Shown here one piece after another: positions 23,261-35,555 of a DNA stretch of 64,000 nt. The position numbers and the translations under genes are program-made. The stretch comes from Felis catus (taxonomy: Eukaryota). Each line of letters starts with the position of its first letter. Within the stretch, counting starts at the first letter, position 1. A model generated the notes under the pieces. It ran no database searches, was not told the DNA's origin, and saw only the letters and a program-made list of their open reading frames with translations. The stretch spans positions 33,728,001-33,792,000 of the forward strand of contig NC_058375.1 in assembly GCF_018350175.1 (NCBI RefSeq), in the 5' to 3' direction.

Positions 23261-23479
23261 GGGGCGCCTGGGTGGCGCAGTCGGTTAAGCGTCCGACTTC
23301 AGCCAGGTCACGATCTCGCGGTCCGTGAGTTCGAGCCCTGCGTCAGGCTCTGGGCTGATGGCTCAGAGCCTGGAGCCTGTTTCCGATTCTGTGTCTCCCT
23401 CTCTCCCTGCCCCTCCCCCGTTCATGCTCTGTCTCTCTCTGTCCCAAAAATAAATAAACGTTGAAAAAAAAAAAAAAAA
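23261..23479 (+). mobile_element. Young felid CAN-SINE
   Basis: Perfect 16-bp TSD gaaaattgtccatttt (23245-23260, 23480-23495); pure A tail. Confidence 0.95.
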
Positions 23480-24779
23480 GAAAATTGTCCATTTTATCTT
23501 GGTGTTCAAGTTTACCGGCATCAAACTTTTTTTTAAGTTTGTTGTATGTGTAGCTCTGTATCCCCCTTTTTAAATTCTTAATATGTATCTTAATATGTAC
23601 AAATTCTTAATATGTATCCCTTTATTCTTTGATCAATCTTGCCAGAGGAGCATCTATTTTGTATTTTCAAAGAAACAGATTTTGGCTTTGTTAATTAACC
23701 TTCTACAAATTGATTTCTGCTTTTGTTTTTATTATCTCCCTCCTGCTCTCTTTATATTTACTCTAGTAAACAGAATGGGAACGACTAGCTCAGTATTTTC
23801 AGTCTTTCTCGTTTTGTAATAAATACCTATAGAGCTATAAATGTCCATCTAAACACTGCCTTCACTGCTTCCTACAAAGTTTTGTATGTGATGGTTCTTT
23901 CAGTCCTAATCTTGATCTTTTCTGCTACAGTGCACATTATCATGAGTGGGATACCTCAAGTCAATCAACAAATAGGGGAGTAATGTCATTATAGTGAAAA
24001 ATCCCATTGGTTCATACCCACTTTTTTTTTCCCAAACACATTCATATTTTGCACAACCAAGTACTAGCGATCAGTCCAGATCCTGATTGTATGGCAGCCA
24101 GAACTTTCTCAAAGTCCATGCTGTGGCCAGAGCATTGCAGAAAAAAAAAAAAAATCTTTATTTCTATGCAGCCAGCCATGTTCATACTCTATGTTTTAAC
24201 AGCTTAGTATGAACATGTGGTCAAACAGAATGTGAGTCAAGTACTCATGTTCAGAAGCAGGCTGCCAAATGAGGTAGTAGAAGTGGTCGCTTACTCTGAG
24301 CCTGGTCAGAAAGACCACAGAGATGAGGCTTGCAGAGCCCAGGAGGCCAACCCGGGTAACCTCTGACATCGCTTCCTGTTCTGAGATTCGTGATTACTAG
24401 AGATTTGCAGAGCAGGGGTGCCAGGCACATTACTCCTTCCTGCATTACTTTCCTCTTACAAGGGGTCCTGATGAAATGTTCTGTCCCAGTCTGTTCCCAG
24501 AGTGGTACCTATCAGACTTGGGTTGCAGTGACAGATTCCTTGGTGTCTCTACTGGGGCTCATTTGGCTCTCCTGGCTGCTACAGCTGATGGGATGGTGAC
24601 CAGAGAAGCACAAAGGTCTTTTTCTGATAGACACAAAGGATGCTGTGTCCATGACAAAGTGCCACTAGTACTAAGTGGTGTTTCATGGCCAGTCTTTTAT
24701 GGCCTGCAGGGTCCAGCCCCAACCAGCTCCTTCATCTAACGGTCAAAGTCATTTTGCAGGATCAGAGGCATTACCGTTT

Positions 24780-26520
24780 TGATTAAATGTTAAATGTAAA
24801 GCTATGAAACTTATTTTAAAAAATAGGAGAAAATCTTTAAGACCTAGATTTAGGCAACAATTTCGTAGATGTTTATACTAAAATGTAATCCATAAATTCA
24901 AAAACTGATAAACTGGACTTCACCAAAATGGAAAACTTTTGCTCTGAAAAAGATCCTGTTAAAAGATGAAAAGACAGGCCATATACTGGGAGAAAATATT
25001 CTCAAGTCCCATATCTGACAAAGAACTTGTATCTAGAATATATATAATACTCTCTAAGCTTGACTGTAAGAAAATAAAGAATCCTGTTAGAAAATGGACA
25101 AGATTTTGAACAAACACTTCAACAGAGGTTATACAGATGGCAAATAAATGCAATTAAGCACATGAAAAGATTTTCAATATCATGAACTGTTAGTCAAATA
25201 CAGACGACAGCCATGAGGAGGTGTCACTATACTCTTACACTATTTAGCCTGTTATACTGGCTTACATGAAAAATACTGACAACACTCAAGGCTAGGAAGC
25301 ATGCAGAGCAACAGGATCATAGCTAGTGGGAATGCAAAATTGGATAGCCTCTCTGTAGAACAGTTTGGTGTATGCTTTTGTAAAACAGCTGCATTGAGAT
25401 ATAACTTATATACCATAAAACTCACCCACTGGCCCTGTGCAAATTCAATGGTTTTTATTATATTCACAGAACCATATAACTAACACCACAATCTAATTCT
25501 GGAACATTTCATCACCCCAAAAGGAAATTCCATACTGATTAGCAATCACTCCTTCTCCTCCACTCTTATCCCCAGGTCTACCCAACTACTACTAATTTAC
25601 TTTCTGCCTATAGATTTACCTATTCTAGACATTTTCTATAAGTGAAACCCTATAAAATGCAGACTTTTCTGACTGGCTTTTTTTCACTGATTTCAAGGGT
25701 CATCATTTAGCATGTATTATTACTTCATTCCTTTTTATTGCAAAGTAGCATTTCATTGTATGGATATACCATATTTTTTTATCCATTTAGTTGATGGACA
25801 TTTGAATTGATTCCACTTCTTGGCTATTATGAATAATGATGCTAGGAATATTGATATACAAGCTTTTGTGTAAACATATGTCTTCATTTCTCTTATATAT
25901 CTAGGACTGAAATTGATGGCTCATATGATAACTCTGTGTTTAACATTTTGAGGAACTATTATTTCCCAAAGCAGCAGTACCATTTTATGTTCTTACCACC
26001 GATGTGTAAGAGTTCCAGTTTCTCCACATCCTCACCAATACTTGTTAATGTAGTATTTTAAGCTATAGCCATCCTAATAGGTAAAGTGGTATCTCATTGT
26101 GGTTTGGGTTAGAATATTACTATAAGCATACACATATCATACAACCCCAGCAAACACATTCCTGAGAATTTGTTCTAGAAAAAAAATAACTTGTTTTTTT
26201 ATCTTTACACAAATATTCATAGCAGATTTATTCATAAAAGTCAAGAACTAAAAACAATCTGAATGTACTTCAACAGGTGAATGGATAAACTGTGGTACCT
26301 TCATACAAGAGAATACTACTCAGCAATACAAAGGAACAAACCATTGATATGTACAACAATCTAGATGGATCTCAAAGACATCAGGCTGGGTTTTTTGGTT
26401 TTTTTTTTTTTATTAGTCTCAAAAAGTTACATTCTGTATGATTCCATTTATGTAACATTTTATTTTTTAATGTTTGTTTATTTTAGAGAGAGAGCACAGG
26501 TCAGGGAGGAGGGGCAGAGG

Positions 26521-26566
<46 letters not shown>

Positions 26567-27030
26567 CTTAAGTAGGCTCCATGCTCAGCGCAGAGCCCTG
26601 GGCAGGGCTTGATCCTTCAACCATGAGATCATGACCCGAGTCAGCTAAAATCAAGAGTCGGATGTTTAACCAACTAAGTTACCCACTCACTCCTGTTTGT
26701 GTAACATTTTCAGTTAAAGTGACAAAATAGATCATAGACAATCAGTGCCAGCCCTCTTTGTGGTAATGGAACAATGTTGTATCCTTATTGTGGTTACATG
26801 AAGCTATGAATGTAAAAATTTTTCTTAAAACCATATATCCCCCCAAATGGGTACATGTAATACAGGGTGAAATTGTAATAACATCTGTAGTTTCATTAGT
26901 AGTGGTATACTGATGTCAGTTTACTGGATATGATAATGCAGGGAAGCTGGATAAAGGATACACAAGAGCTCAATTCACTATTTCTGCAACTTCTTGTGAA
27001 TCGTAAATTATTTCAAAATACAATGTTGTT
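24780..27030. mobile_element. Old + strand L1 (L1MC-like) interrupted by a - strand L1MB-like element (about 25370-26105) and a CAN-SINE (26460-26694, -)
   Basis: L1 ORF2-end phrases in both orientations; SINE with (GA)n. Confidence 0.75.
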
Positions 27031-27049
27031 GTTGTTGGTTTTTTTTTTC

Positions 27050-27852
27050 ATAGATCTCATGCCCTGGTAGAAGCTGAAAATCTTACTGCGGGTCACCCAC
27101 CACATGACTAGGCAAATAAAATAGCCCATCATAAACTGTGTTATCATATCCACTGAACCATCAAGTCAGACACACACAGAAATAGCTTTCAAGAGAAGTT
27201 TTGCTTCCTGTCCCTACAACTTTGAGTTTGTGCTCAAAGGAGGAATTCATTCATTAGGGACGAGATCTATGGTTCTATTAGATGCTGAGATTGCCTGCTG
27301 GCCACTCTTGTAAACCAAATGGAGGAGAGGGGCACTATATTGCCTGGTTCCTGTTACCAGGGGAAATTGGTTTGCAAGAGGGCAAGGGAATATATATCTT
27401 GTACTCCCTTGACCAGTAGAAATTGTCACTGACAAGTGTGGTGCCCAATCAAGAAACTTGCAATGAGTAAATAGAGATCTAATGCACAGTATAGTGAATA
27501 TGGACAACAGTGTTGCATTATAATAACTAAACGTACTAAGAGTCTAGATCTTAGTTATGCTAATCACAAAAAAGAAATGATAATTATGTGGTGTGATAAT
27601 GGTGCAAACTATCATTACAATGGTAATCATATTACCATATATAAATATCTCAAATCAACAAGTTGCATGTCTTGAATGTATACAGTATTATATGTCAAAT
27701 ATATTTCAATAGAAAAATAAAGTTTTTAAAACCTCTCTTTAAAAAAAAAGGCGTCCAGCAGTCAGGCCCTACAGGAATGCAGGCTTGAGACACCTCCCCA
27801 AGTGAAGCGTCCTATCCAGATGAGGTGTTGGTCAAGGATAATAACATGGAAT
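27050..27852 (+). mobile_element. ERVL/MaLR internal (pol/dUTPase-like) remnant interrupted by an L1 3' end (about 27460-27750)
   Basis: gccctggtagaagctgaaaatcttact translates ALVEAENLT (compare ERVL ALVETERLT). gagattgcctgctggccact and caggaatgcaggcttgagacacc resemble ERVL 3' pol. Confidence 0.6.
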
Positions 27853-28345
27853 GGGGACACCTGGGTGTCTCAGTCAGTTAAGCATCTGACTTTGCATAAG
27901 GTCATGATCTCATGGTTTGTGAGTTCAAGCCTGGCATCAGGCTCTGCACTGACAGTGCAGAGTCTGCCTGGGATTCTCTCTCTCTCCCTCTCTCTCTCTC
28001 TGCCCCTCCCCTGATCACTCATTCCCTCTCTCTCTCCCTCTCTCTCTCAAAATAAATAGATAAGCTTTAAAAACAAAAGATTCCACTTTAAAAAACAAAA
28101 ACCAAAAAAAAAGAACATGGAGGGGCGCCTGAATGGCTCAGTCAGTTAAGTGTCTGACTTCAGCTCAGGTCATGATTTTGCTATTTGTGAGTTCGAGCCC
28201 CATGTTGGGCTCTGTGCTGACAGCTCGGAGCCTGGGGCCTGCTTCGGACTCTGTGTTTCCTTCTCTCTCTGCCCCTCCCCCACTTGTGCTCGGTCTCTCT
28301 CTATCAAAAATAAATAAACATTAAAAAATTTAAAAAAATTAAAAG
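27853..28345 (+). mobile_element. Two head-to-tail CAN-SINEs (27853 to about 28110, and 28132-28345)
   Basis: Both heads are preceded by aacatgga. Confidence 0.9.
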
Positions 28346-28710
28346 GTCAAGAAGAAGAGAAACTAGAAAAAGGAGACTAAGAAGTACTGGCCATTAAATA
28401 AGGGGTGTGGAGTTTTGGAAGCAAGTCAAGTAAGTGCTTCAAGTAGGAAAGAGAGATCAAATATGTCAAATGACGCTGAAGGTTGTATACAAGGACTGAG
28501 AAGTGACCAGTGCAGTGAACAATGTGAGGGTCAACAGTTACCTTCACATAAGTGGTGGTGGAGGAAATACTAGTAGTGTCACAAGAATGAAACCTGACAG
28601 GTGTGTTTCAGAGAAAATTGTAAGACAAGAGTTAGAGACAGAACTGTAGACAACTGTTTCCTGGAAATTTTCTCCAAAAGCAAAGAAAGGACTGATGGCT
28701 GGCAGGGAAA
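28346..28710 (-). mobile_element. L2 fragment
   Basis: gatcaaatatgtcaaatgacgctga...aggactgagaagtgacca. Confidence 0.65.
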
Positions 28711-29076
28711 ATCAGGACTGAAAAAAAGGTTATTTTTCTTTGAGATTAAATAATAATAAAATATTAGTACTCGATTCCCTTTTCCTTTCTTCCAATTCAA
28801 GAGGACTGTATCGTCCTCCTTTTCATTCTCAACAAAAATAAGGTGAGAGCCTGCATATAAGGAAGCCAAGAGCTGAGTTCAGGTTTTCTTCAAGATAAGC
28901 ACAGTGTTAGGAGGCTCACTAGAGATGGGAAAGGAGCTCACGATGAAGCCACAGAGCCAAGAGAATGTTATGTCAATCTTACCAGAAACCTGGAGCCACA
29001 CCTGTGTTGAGGAAATTTCAGTTTCTCCCCTTGAGTTTTCCAAAAGCTTCATTCACTATTGAGCTTAACTTTTTTT

Positions 29077-29300
29077 AAAAAAAAAAATTTTTTTTTCCAA
29101 CGTTTATTTATTTTTCAGACAGAGAGAGACAGAGCATGAACGGGGGAGGGGCAGAGAGAGAGGGAGACACAGAATCGGAAACAGGCTCCAGGCTCTGAGC
29201 CATCAGCCCAGAGCCCGACGCGGGGCTCGAACTCACGGACCGCGAGATCGTGACCTGGCTGAAGTCGGACGCTTAACCGACTGCGCCACCCAGGCGCCCC
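29077..29300 (-). mobile_element. Young felid CAN-SINE
   Basis: Near-identical to the copies at 2760 and 46506. TSD gag(c/t)ttaactttttt. Confidence 0.95.
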
Positions 29301-29389
29301 GAGTTTAACTTTTTTAAAAATTTAATTTAAAAAGGCTGTAGTTTATACTACACAGGTGGTGTGATATGGTCCTTGCAGTGTTGGCTAAA

Positions 29390-29550
29390 TTGTTGTTCTC
29401 AAACTTAGAAGTGTGTAGGAATCACCTGTAGAATCTTTTAAAATGCAAATGTTGTTTCCTTAGGTGTGGAAATACCAAAATTCTGCATTTCTTAACAACT
29501 CCTGAATGATGTTGGTGATGCTAATCCCCAGACCACTCCTTGATCAGTAA
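29390..29550. mobile_element. MER5-type hAT
   Basis: gttctcaaactt...gaatcacctg...ttctgcatttcttaacaactcc...cagaccact. Confidence 0.7.
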
Positions 29551-29564
29551 GAGTCTAAATAGTT

Positions 29565-30078
29565 TTGCATGAATCAATAACCCCTGCACTCAGGTATTCA
29601 CACTCTTGAGTCATCCCCTCCCCTTGAGTCTGGGCAGGACCTAGTAGTTTACTTCTCGTGAATATCCCACAAGTGATGGGAAATCACTTTCAAGAGTAGG
29701 TTACAGAAGGCCCTGGCTCCACCCTGCTCACAATCTCTCTGATGAAGCCAACTGCCAGGTGGAGAGCTGCTCCGAGGAGAGGCCTACATGGAAGAAACTG
29801 ATGGATGCTCTGTACAGCTGTCAGGAAAGACCCTCAGTCTAAAAGCCCACCAGAAACTGAACCCTGGTGACAATCAAGTGAGCTTGGAAGCAGATCCTTC
29901 CCCAGTCAAGTGGTAGGATTTCTGTAGCTGATTCCTTGATTACAGCCTTCTGAGACTCCCTAATCTGAGGATCCAGCTAAACTTTGCTCAGATTCCTAAC
30001 CCACAGAAAAAATAAATGTTTATTGTTTTAAACCACAAAATTTGGGGGTAATTTGTCACACACCAATAGATAACTAAC
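29565..30078 (+). mobile_element. MLT1F-like solo LTR
   Basis: cccttgagtctgggcaggacct...gtgagcttggaagcagatccttcccc...caatagataactaaCA. Confidence 0.85.
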
Positions 30079-30512
30079 ACAAAGGAACTGCAAAGAGTCA
30101 CAAGGAAACTTTGGGGGTTGATGATAATGATCTTGATTATGGTGGTGTTTTCATAAGTATATATACACATTTCAAAACTCATCAAATTGTATACTTTCAA
30201 TATCTACAGTTCCCCATATGTCAATGTATTTCAATAAAGTTAAAAATGCATTATGAAAGTGTCTGGGTGGGAGGAGATTTTCCCAATTGCTAGGAGATTC
30301 TGCTCTCCCCTGAAAATACCACTTCACTAAGACAGAGCTCCTTACTTTAGATACATGAGGGTTTATGTGCCCTAAATGAATACTCTCCTAATAGTATTGA
30401 ATGAGAAATGACCTGTGACCTATATTACTTTCCTGAACCCTATTTTATATGATTACAATAGATTTTCTTAAATTGTTCTGTGGTTCAGACCTTGTCAAAT
30501 CCCTGACTGAGC

Positions 30513-30518
30513 TTTAAT
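30513..30518 (-). terminator. Candidate poly(A) signal of OR-C
   Basis: ATTAAA on the minus strand about 420 nt after the stop codon. Confidence 0.3.
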
Positions 30519-30938
30519 GGTGTTACTGACCATTAGTCAGTAACTAGTAACTGACCATTAGTCAGTCACTGACCAGAAGTCATCTTATGCCCATCAATTT
30601 GAACTTATTTCATGAATCCAGAGATCAAGCACTCAGGTGCATGTTCACTCAGTAATAGGAAACATGAATATTGGTGCCAATTCTATGCCAGGTCTTGTAA
30701 ACTGGTGGTACAGAAGTGAATCAAATATAGGCGTGCCTTCATGGAGTTCCCTGTCAGGTGTCTTTATGCTTGAGGGACACCTATTGCCATAACCTCCTGG
30801 GTGTTCTGAGATATGATCTTACTGAGACTAACCCATTAATACATCATGTGTGCCCATTGGATGTTGGAAAGAATTTAGATGGAGAAGTCATGTAGGCTGT
30901 GTCCCGGGTTTGTTGCTGGTACCCATGCTTCTGTGACT

Positions 30939-31886
30939 TCATTCTGTTGCTTTACCCCAGCCTGTCACTTTGAGGAAAGCTCTCTTCACATCTTTGTTCC
31001 TAAGACTATAGATGATAGGATTGAGGAAGGCAGAGATGATGTTGTAGAATAGAGCCAACTTCTTATCTTCTTCTGGGGAAGATTCAGAACCAGGTCTCAT
31101 GTACATAACCATACATGGTATAGAGAACATAGTGACAACAGTAATGTGGGAGGCACAGGTGGAAAAGGCCTTGAGCTGCCCTTGGGCTGAGCGAATTCTC
31201 AAGATGGCAGCAAAAATATTGATATAGACAATGATGATGAGGGAGAGTGGGACCAACAGAAGAATGAAGCCCAAGATGAAGTCCACCTGATCATTGAGAG
31301 ATGTGTCTGCACAGGCCAACTTCAAGACTGCAGGTACTTCACAGAAGAAGTGATTGATCTCATTAGGACCACAATAGGGAAGGATCATAGTAGAGGCAGT
31401 GTATATCAGGGCACAGCTGATACCCCAGAATCCACAGAAGGCCACCATTGACCCACATAGCAAAGGGCTCATAATGACTTTATACCTCAGGGGATGGCAA
31501 ATGGCCACATACCTGTCATAAGCCATGATTGCAAAAAGCCAAGACTCAGTGATTCCTAGCATCAGGAAGATGTACATCTGCGCCACACATCCAATGTAGG
31601 AGATGGTCTTCTCCTTGCAAACCAGGTGTACCAGCATCTGGGGCACTGTGGTGGTGACATAGCCCATATCCATAATGGATAGGACACTGAGGAAAAAGTA
31701 CATGGGTGTGTGGAGGCGGGAGTCCATGCGTATCAAGGTGATAATAAGCCCATTGCCCAGAAGAGTGATGAGGTAGAGGAAGAGGAAGACACTGAATAGA
31801 ATAACATTTATCTCTGTGTTACGAGAGAATCCTAAAAGAATAAACTCAGTAAGAGAGCTATGGTTTCCCCAGCGTAAGTCTTGCAT
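30939..31886 (-). CDS. Olfactory receptor OR-C (class II, 315 aa, intact)
   Basis: ORF with NHS, EFILLGF, GN, LHTPMYFFL, MAYDRYVAICHPL, HFFCE, KAFSTCASH, LNPIIYSLRNK. Start at MQDLRWGN (31886). The minus strand reads ctgttctttctctatacCAG|gagaaggATG. Confidence 0.96.
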   Translation of the reverse strand: MQDLRWGNHSSLTEFILLGFSRNTEINVILFSVFLFLYLITLLGNGLIITLIRMDSRLHTPMYFFLSVLSIMDMGYVTTTVPQMLVHLVCKEKTISYIGCVAQMYIFLMLGITESWLFAIMAYDRYVAICHPLRYKVIMSPLLCGSMVAFCGFWGISCALIYTASTMILPYCGPNEINHFFCEVPAVLKLACADTSLNDQVDFILGFILLLVPLSLIIIVYINIFAAILRIRSAQGQLKAFSTCASHITVVTMFSIPCMVMYMRPGSESSPEEDKKLALFYNIISAFLNPIIYSLRNKDVKRAFLKVTGWGKATE

Positions 31887-32621
31887 CCTTCTCCTGGTAT
31901 AGAGAAAGAACAGAGCCATAATCATTCATAAAATAAAGTCTTCAGATTCAAACCCTGATGCTACTCTTTTATTAGGAGGGCCAAATATAAGTAGCAAAGT
32001 AGGTTCTCATTAGGACACCCACAAAGCTGGGAACCAAATTTTTTAAAAAAGAATTTCCATTTTATATGAAACATCATGTTAATATTGTATTACTTAATCC
32101 TAGTTTATTCTGAGACTACAGATAATAAATTTCACATTTCAAAATGTAGAACTTGCAAAAAGGAGTGTCCAAAACTGTGTCCTGCACTTCCTGAACTCGC
32201 CATAGTTCATGGAGCTTATAAAAGATTTCAAAGCAGTCAAAAAAATAATTGGATATTTGAGATTACAGCATCTGTTGTGAGTGTCATACCAAATGGAGAT
32301 TTCTACCCCTCCTTGGAAGCTTTTATCAAAGTGGGCTTCAGTGGGACTACTTGAGTAGCCTAACAGGTACTCTGGAATTTTAGAGACATAGTTATTGGAT
32401 ATATGACTTACTCCAGAAGACAACTATCATTTGGAAATAAATTCAGCTTCATGACAAGTCAAAGTCATGTATTTCCATGGACCANNNNNNNNNNNNNNNN
32501 NNNNNNNNNNNNNNNNNNNNNNNNNNNNNNNNNNNNNNNNNNNNNNNNNNNNNNNNNNNNNNNNNNNNNNNNNNNNNNNNNNNNNNNNNNNNNNNNNNNN
32601 NNNNNNNNNNNNNNNNNNNNN

Positions 32622-33450
32622 AAAGAAACTACCATGCTAGGATACTATACTCAACAAATATATCCATAAGGAATGAAAGCTGTTTGCTCTCCAAGAACCC
32701 GATAATCAATTACCAAAAGACTCACAGTAAAAGAAATATTAAAGAGCTTCTTTAGGCTAAAGGCAAATGGTCCCTGATGGAAGTATGCAATTGAAAGAGA
32801 AAATTAACACCAGAAATCATAAATGTGTGTGTAAATATCATAGAATATTGTTTAAAGCAACAAAAATAGCGACACCTTGTTGGAGCTTTAAATATACACA
32901 TAGAAGTTGAATATGTGACAAAAATGGTCTAACAAGCAGGAGGAGGAAATGGACTTAAACTGTTGTTAGATTTTGCATTGTTTGGAAAATGGCACTTTAA
33001 GTGAGACTATAAGCCAAAGATGCATATTTTAGTCTCTAGCTCAGGTGTCAAGACACTTTTTCACGTAAGGAGTCAGACAATAAATAGTTTAGGCTTTGCA
33101 CAGAATATACAGTCACTGTAGCATATTTTTATTTGTTTTTTAAAAACCCTTTTAAAAATATAAGGTTTACCAATCAATCCCTGTTGTAGAATAACAAAAG
33201 AATAATTTAAAAAAATAGTAAAACTCAAAATACAGTACAGAATGTAAAGGGAATAATTAAAAGTTTTTGATTAATTCAAAAGAAGGCAGGAAAAGTGGAA
33301 TAAAGAAAAAAAGAACACTTGGAACAAGTAGGAAACAAGTATTAAAATGATAGACTCAAACCTAATTACAATAGTAACTACATTCAATGTATATTAGTAA
33401 GCAAGCCTACTGAAAGACAAAGATTATCAGACTGGATTTTCAAAAACTGG
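32622..33450 (+). mobile_element. Old L1 ORF1-end/ORF2-start remnant with a MER58-like insert (about 33040-33150)
   Basis: agtaactacattcaatgta...tgaaagacaaagattatcagactggat. Confidence 0.6.
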
Positions 33451-33460
33451 TAGCAATGCT

Positions 33461-33712
33461 GGGGCACTTGGGTGGCTCAGTTGGTTGAGTGTCCAACTCT
33501 TGATTTTGGCTCAGGTCATAATCCCAGGGTTATGGGCTTGAGCCCCATGTTGGGCTCTGTGCTGAGCGTGGAGTCCGCTCAAGATCCTCTCTCCCTCTCT
33601 CTCTCTGTCTAGTCTAGTCCCTGCTAGACTAAAAATAGTCTTCCCTCTCTCTAAACTAAAAATAAAAAAAAAAATTTAATAAAAAAAATAAAATAGAATA
33701 AAATAAAATAAA
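33461..33712 (+). mobile_element. CAN-SINE
   Basis: TSD aaaact(g/a)gt(a/g)gcaatg. Confidence 0.88.
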
Positions 33713-33979
33713 AACTAGTGGCAATGAAAGAATTCCATAAAGAAAGGAATAATCTTTAAAAACCAGAGAAGAACAAGAATACAATTTTTAGATTATCAAG
33801 ATAGTACCAGTCAACTCAGGACTGTCTTGCCCCTCACCTCATCTCTCTCTTACTGCAAGCCTGGCAGTGGCTAAAGCCACTGGGAATTGGGATGAGGAAT
33901 TGACAAACTAAAAGGTAAAGAAACATAACATACTTCCTCCTTGCTACTTGCAACTTGCTGCAGCAAGCCTAACTCAATC

Positions 33980-35555
33980 TGAAGAATTATAGAAGACATC
34001 CTGCAGGAGGTAAGAGTCAAGCTGGTCGTTGAAGAGTGGGTAGACGCTAACTACAGGGAAAGTGCAGGAAAGGATATACCAGGGAGAGAAAGTCATCTGT
34101 GTGAAGTCATGAAGCATTAGCGAGCCAGAGAGTGATGGGAGATGGGGTAAAGAGGTAGGCAAGGACAGACCATGGAGGACCTATAAAGCCCTACAAAATG
34201 GTCTAATGAGGGTGGATTTTATAGAAAGGAACATAAGGATCCACCAAATAGGCATGACATCAGGCTTATGTCTGGCAACAATCACACTGGCTGCAGTGTG
34301 GAGACTGCAGCAATTCAGGGAGGAAAGGATGAGAGTGGGAGCAAATATTGATATGAAAGGTAGGTATTCAACAAGAGTCTTTAGGAGGTGAGTCTATGGA
34401 TGTAGGTAAGTGATTAAGGAGTGGTGAGAAAGAAAGATGGGTCAAGGATGGATTCCAAGTTTGAGTAAATGGATGGGGGTGATGGTGTCATTCACTGAGG
34501 TTGGGTACATGGGAGTGGAAAGTTTGGGAAGGAGGGAAGAAGGACACATGATGAGTCTAGTTTTGGAGTTGGGGAGTTTGTGGGACTCCCAGTATCTGTT
34601 TGGCTGATGGTTGAGAGCTGAAAAGAAAGCTCTAGAGACAGGAATCTGAGCGTCCTCAGCACTTCTATAGGAACTGAAGCCATCGGAAGAGATGAGATCA
34701 CCTGGGGAGAGCGTGTAGAGGGAGAAGACAGCTGAAAGCAGCACTCTGAGAAGCCACACTCTAAGGGTTGGCTTCAAGGAGAGAATCCAGAGAAGATGGT
34801 GTCGAGAGGCCAAAGATGGATGACATGTGACACAGAAACCCAAGGAGAGACAAGGTCTACAAGGAGAGGATGGTCTTTGTGGTCAAATATGGATAGATAC
34901 CAAGTGAGATGAGAACCAAAAGTGTCTGAAGCCAGCCCATCTCCTGCCTTAAATACATCTCCATATTTATATCTCTTGCCTGGATGGTCCCCCTATATTC
35001 CTTGTGTCCAACTGCCTACTTGAACTCTGCCTGTTGATGTTTAACTTCTCAAACTTCTCACATCCAAGACTGAACTCCTAATTTTTACTACATGCTCTAG
35101 CTCTTGGATCTCATCTCCCATTACTGTCCCCTTGTCTCATTCCACAAAAACCACACTGTCACTGTTACCCTTTCGAGTCCAATAACTGCCAACTAGACTT
35201 TCACCTAAAGACTTTTGCCACAACATCCAGTACTTATGCTCTCTTCTACCAGATCTCTTTAGGAAGGAGTTCTTCTACTTCCTTCAGTTCCCTGCCCAAC
35301 TGTCACTCATCAGAGAGCCCATTCTTCACCATCCTGTCTGAAATGCAGCCATCCTTCACTGTCTCCTTAGTCAGCTTTACTTTCTTTATTGTACTTCTCA
35401 CTTCTTAAAAAACTTACCTATTTATCTGATTATTGTCTGTTGTCCCCAAGTAGGTTGTAAAAGCAGAAACTTTGTTTTGTTCACTAGTATATCTCTAGTG
35501 TCAATCATTGTGCTGGGCACATGGTAGCAATCAATTAATATTTATTAAATTGTTA
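33980..35555. mobile_element. Two back-to-back L2 segments (about 33980-34925 -, about 34930-35555 +)
   Basis: gatgagatcacctggggagagcgtgtagag; 3' end tgtgctgggcacatggtagcaatcaattaatatttatt. Confidence 0.75.

Noticed and set aside
23261-23345. tRNA-like A/B boxes at SINE heads
   Set aside because: CAN-SINEs are tRNA-derived and carry a CT tract, A tail and TSDs; they are not tRNA genes.
23940-24770. Possible ERVL/MaLR internal or decayed gene segment
   Set aside because: Only a vague resemblance; no reading frame or motif I could support.
31887-31925. 13-aa N-terminal extension of OR-C
   Set aside because: It is the polypyrimidine tract and acceptor read in frame.
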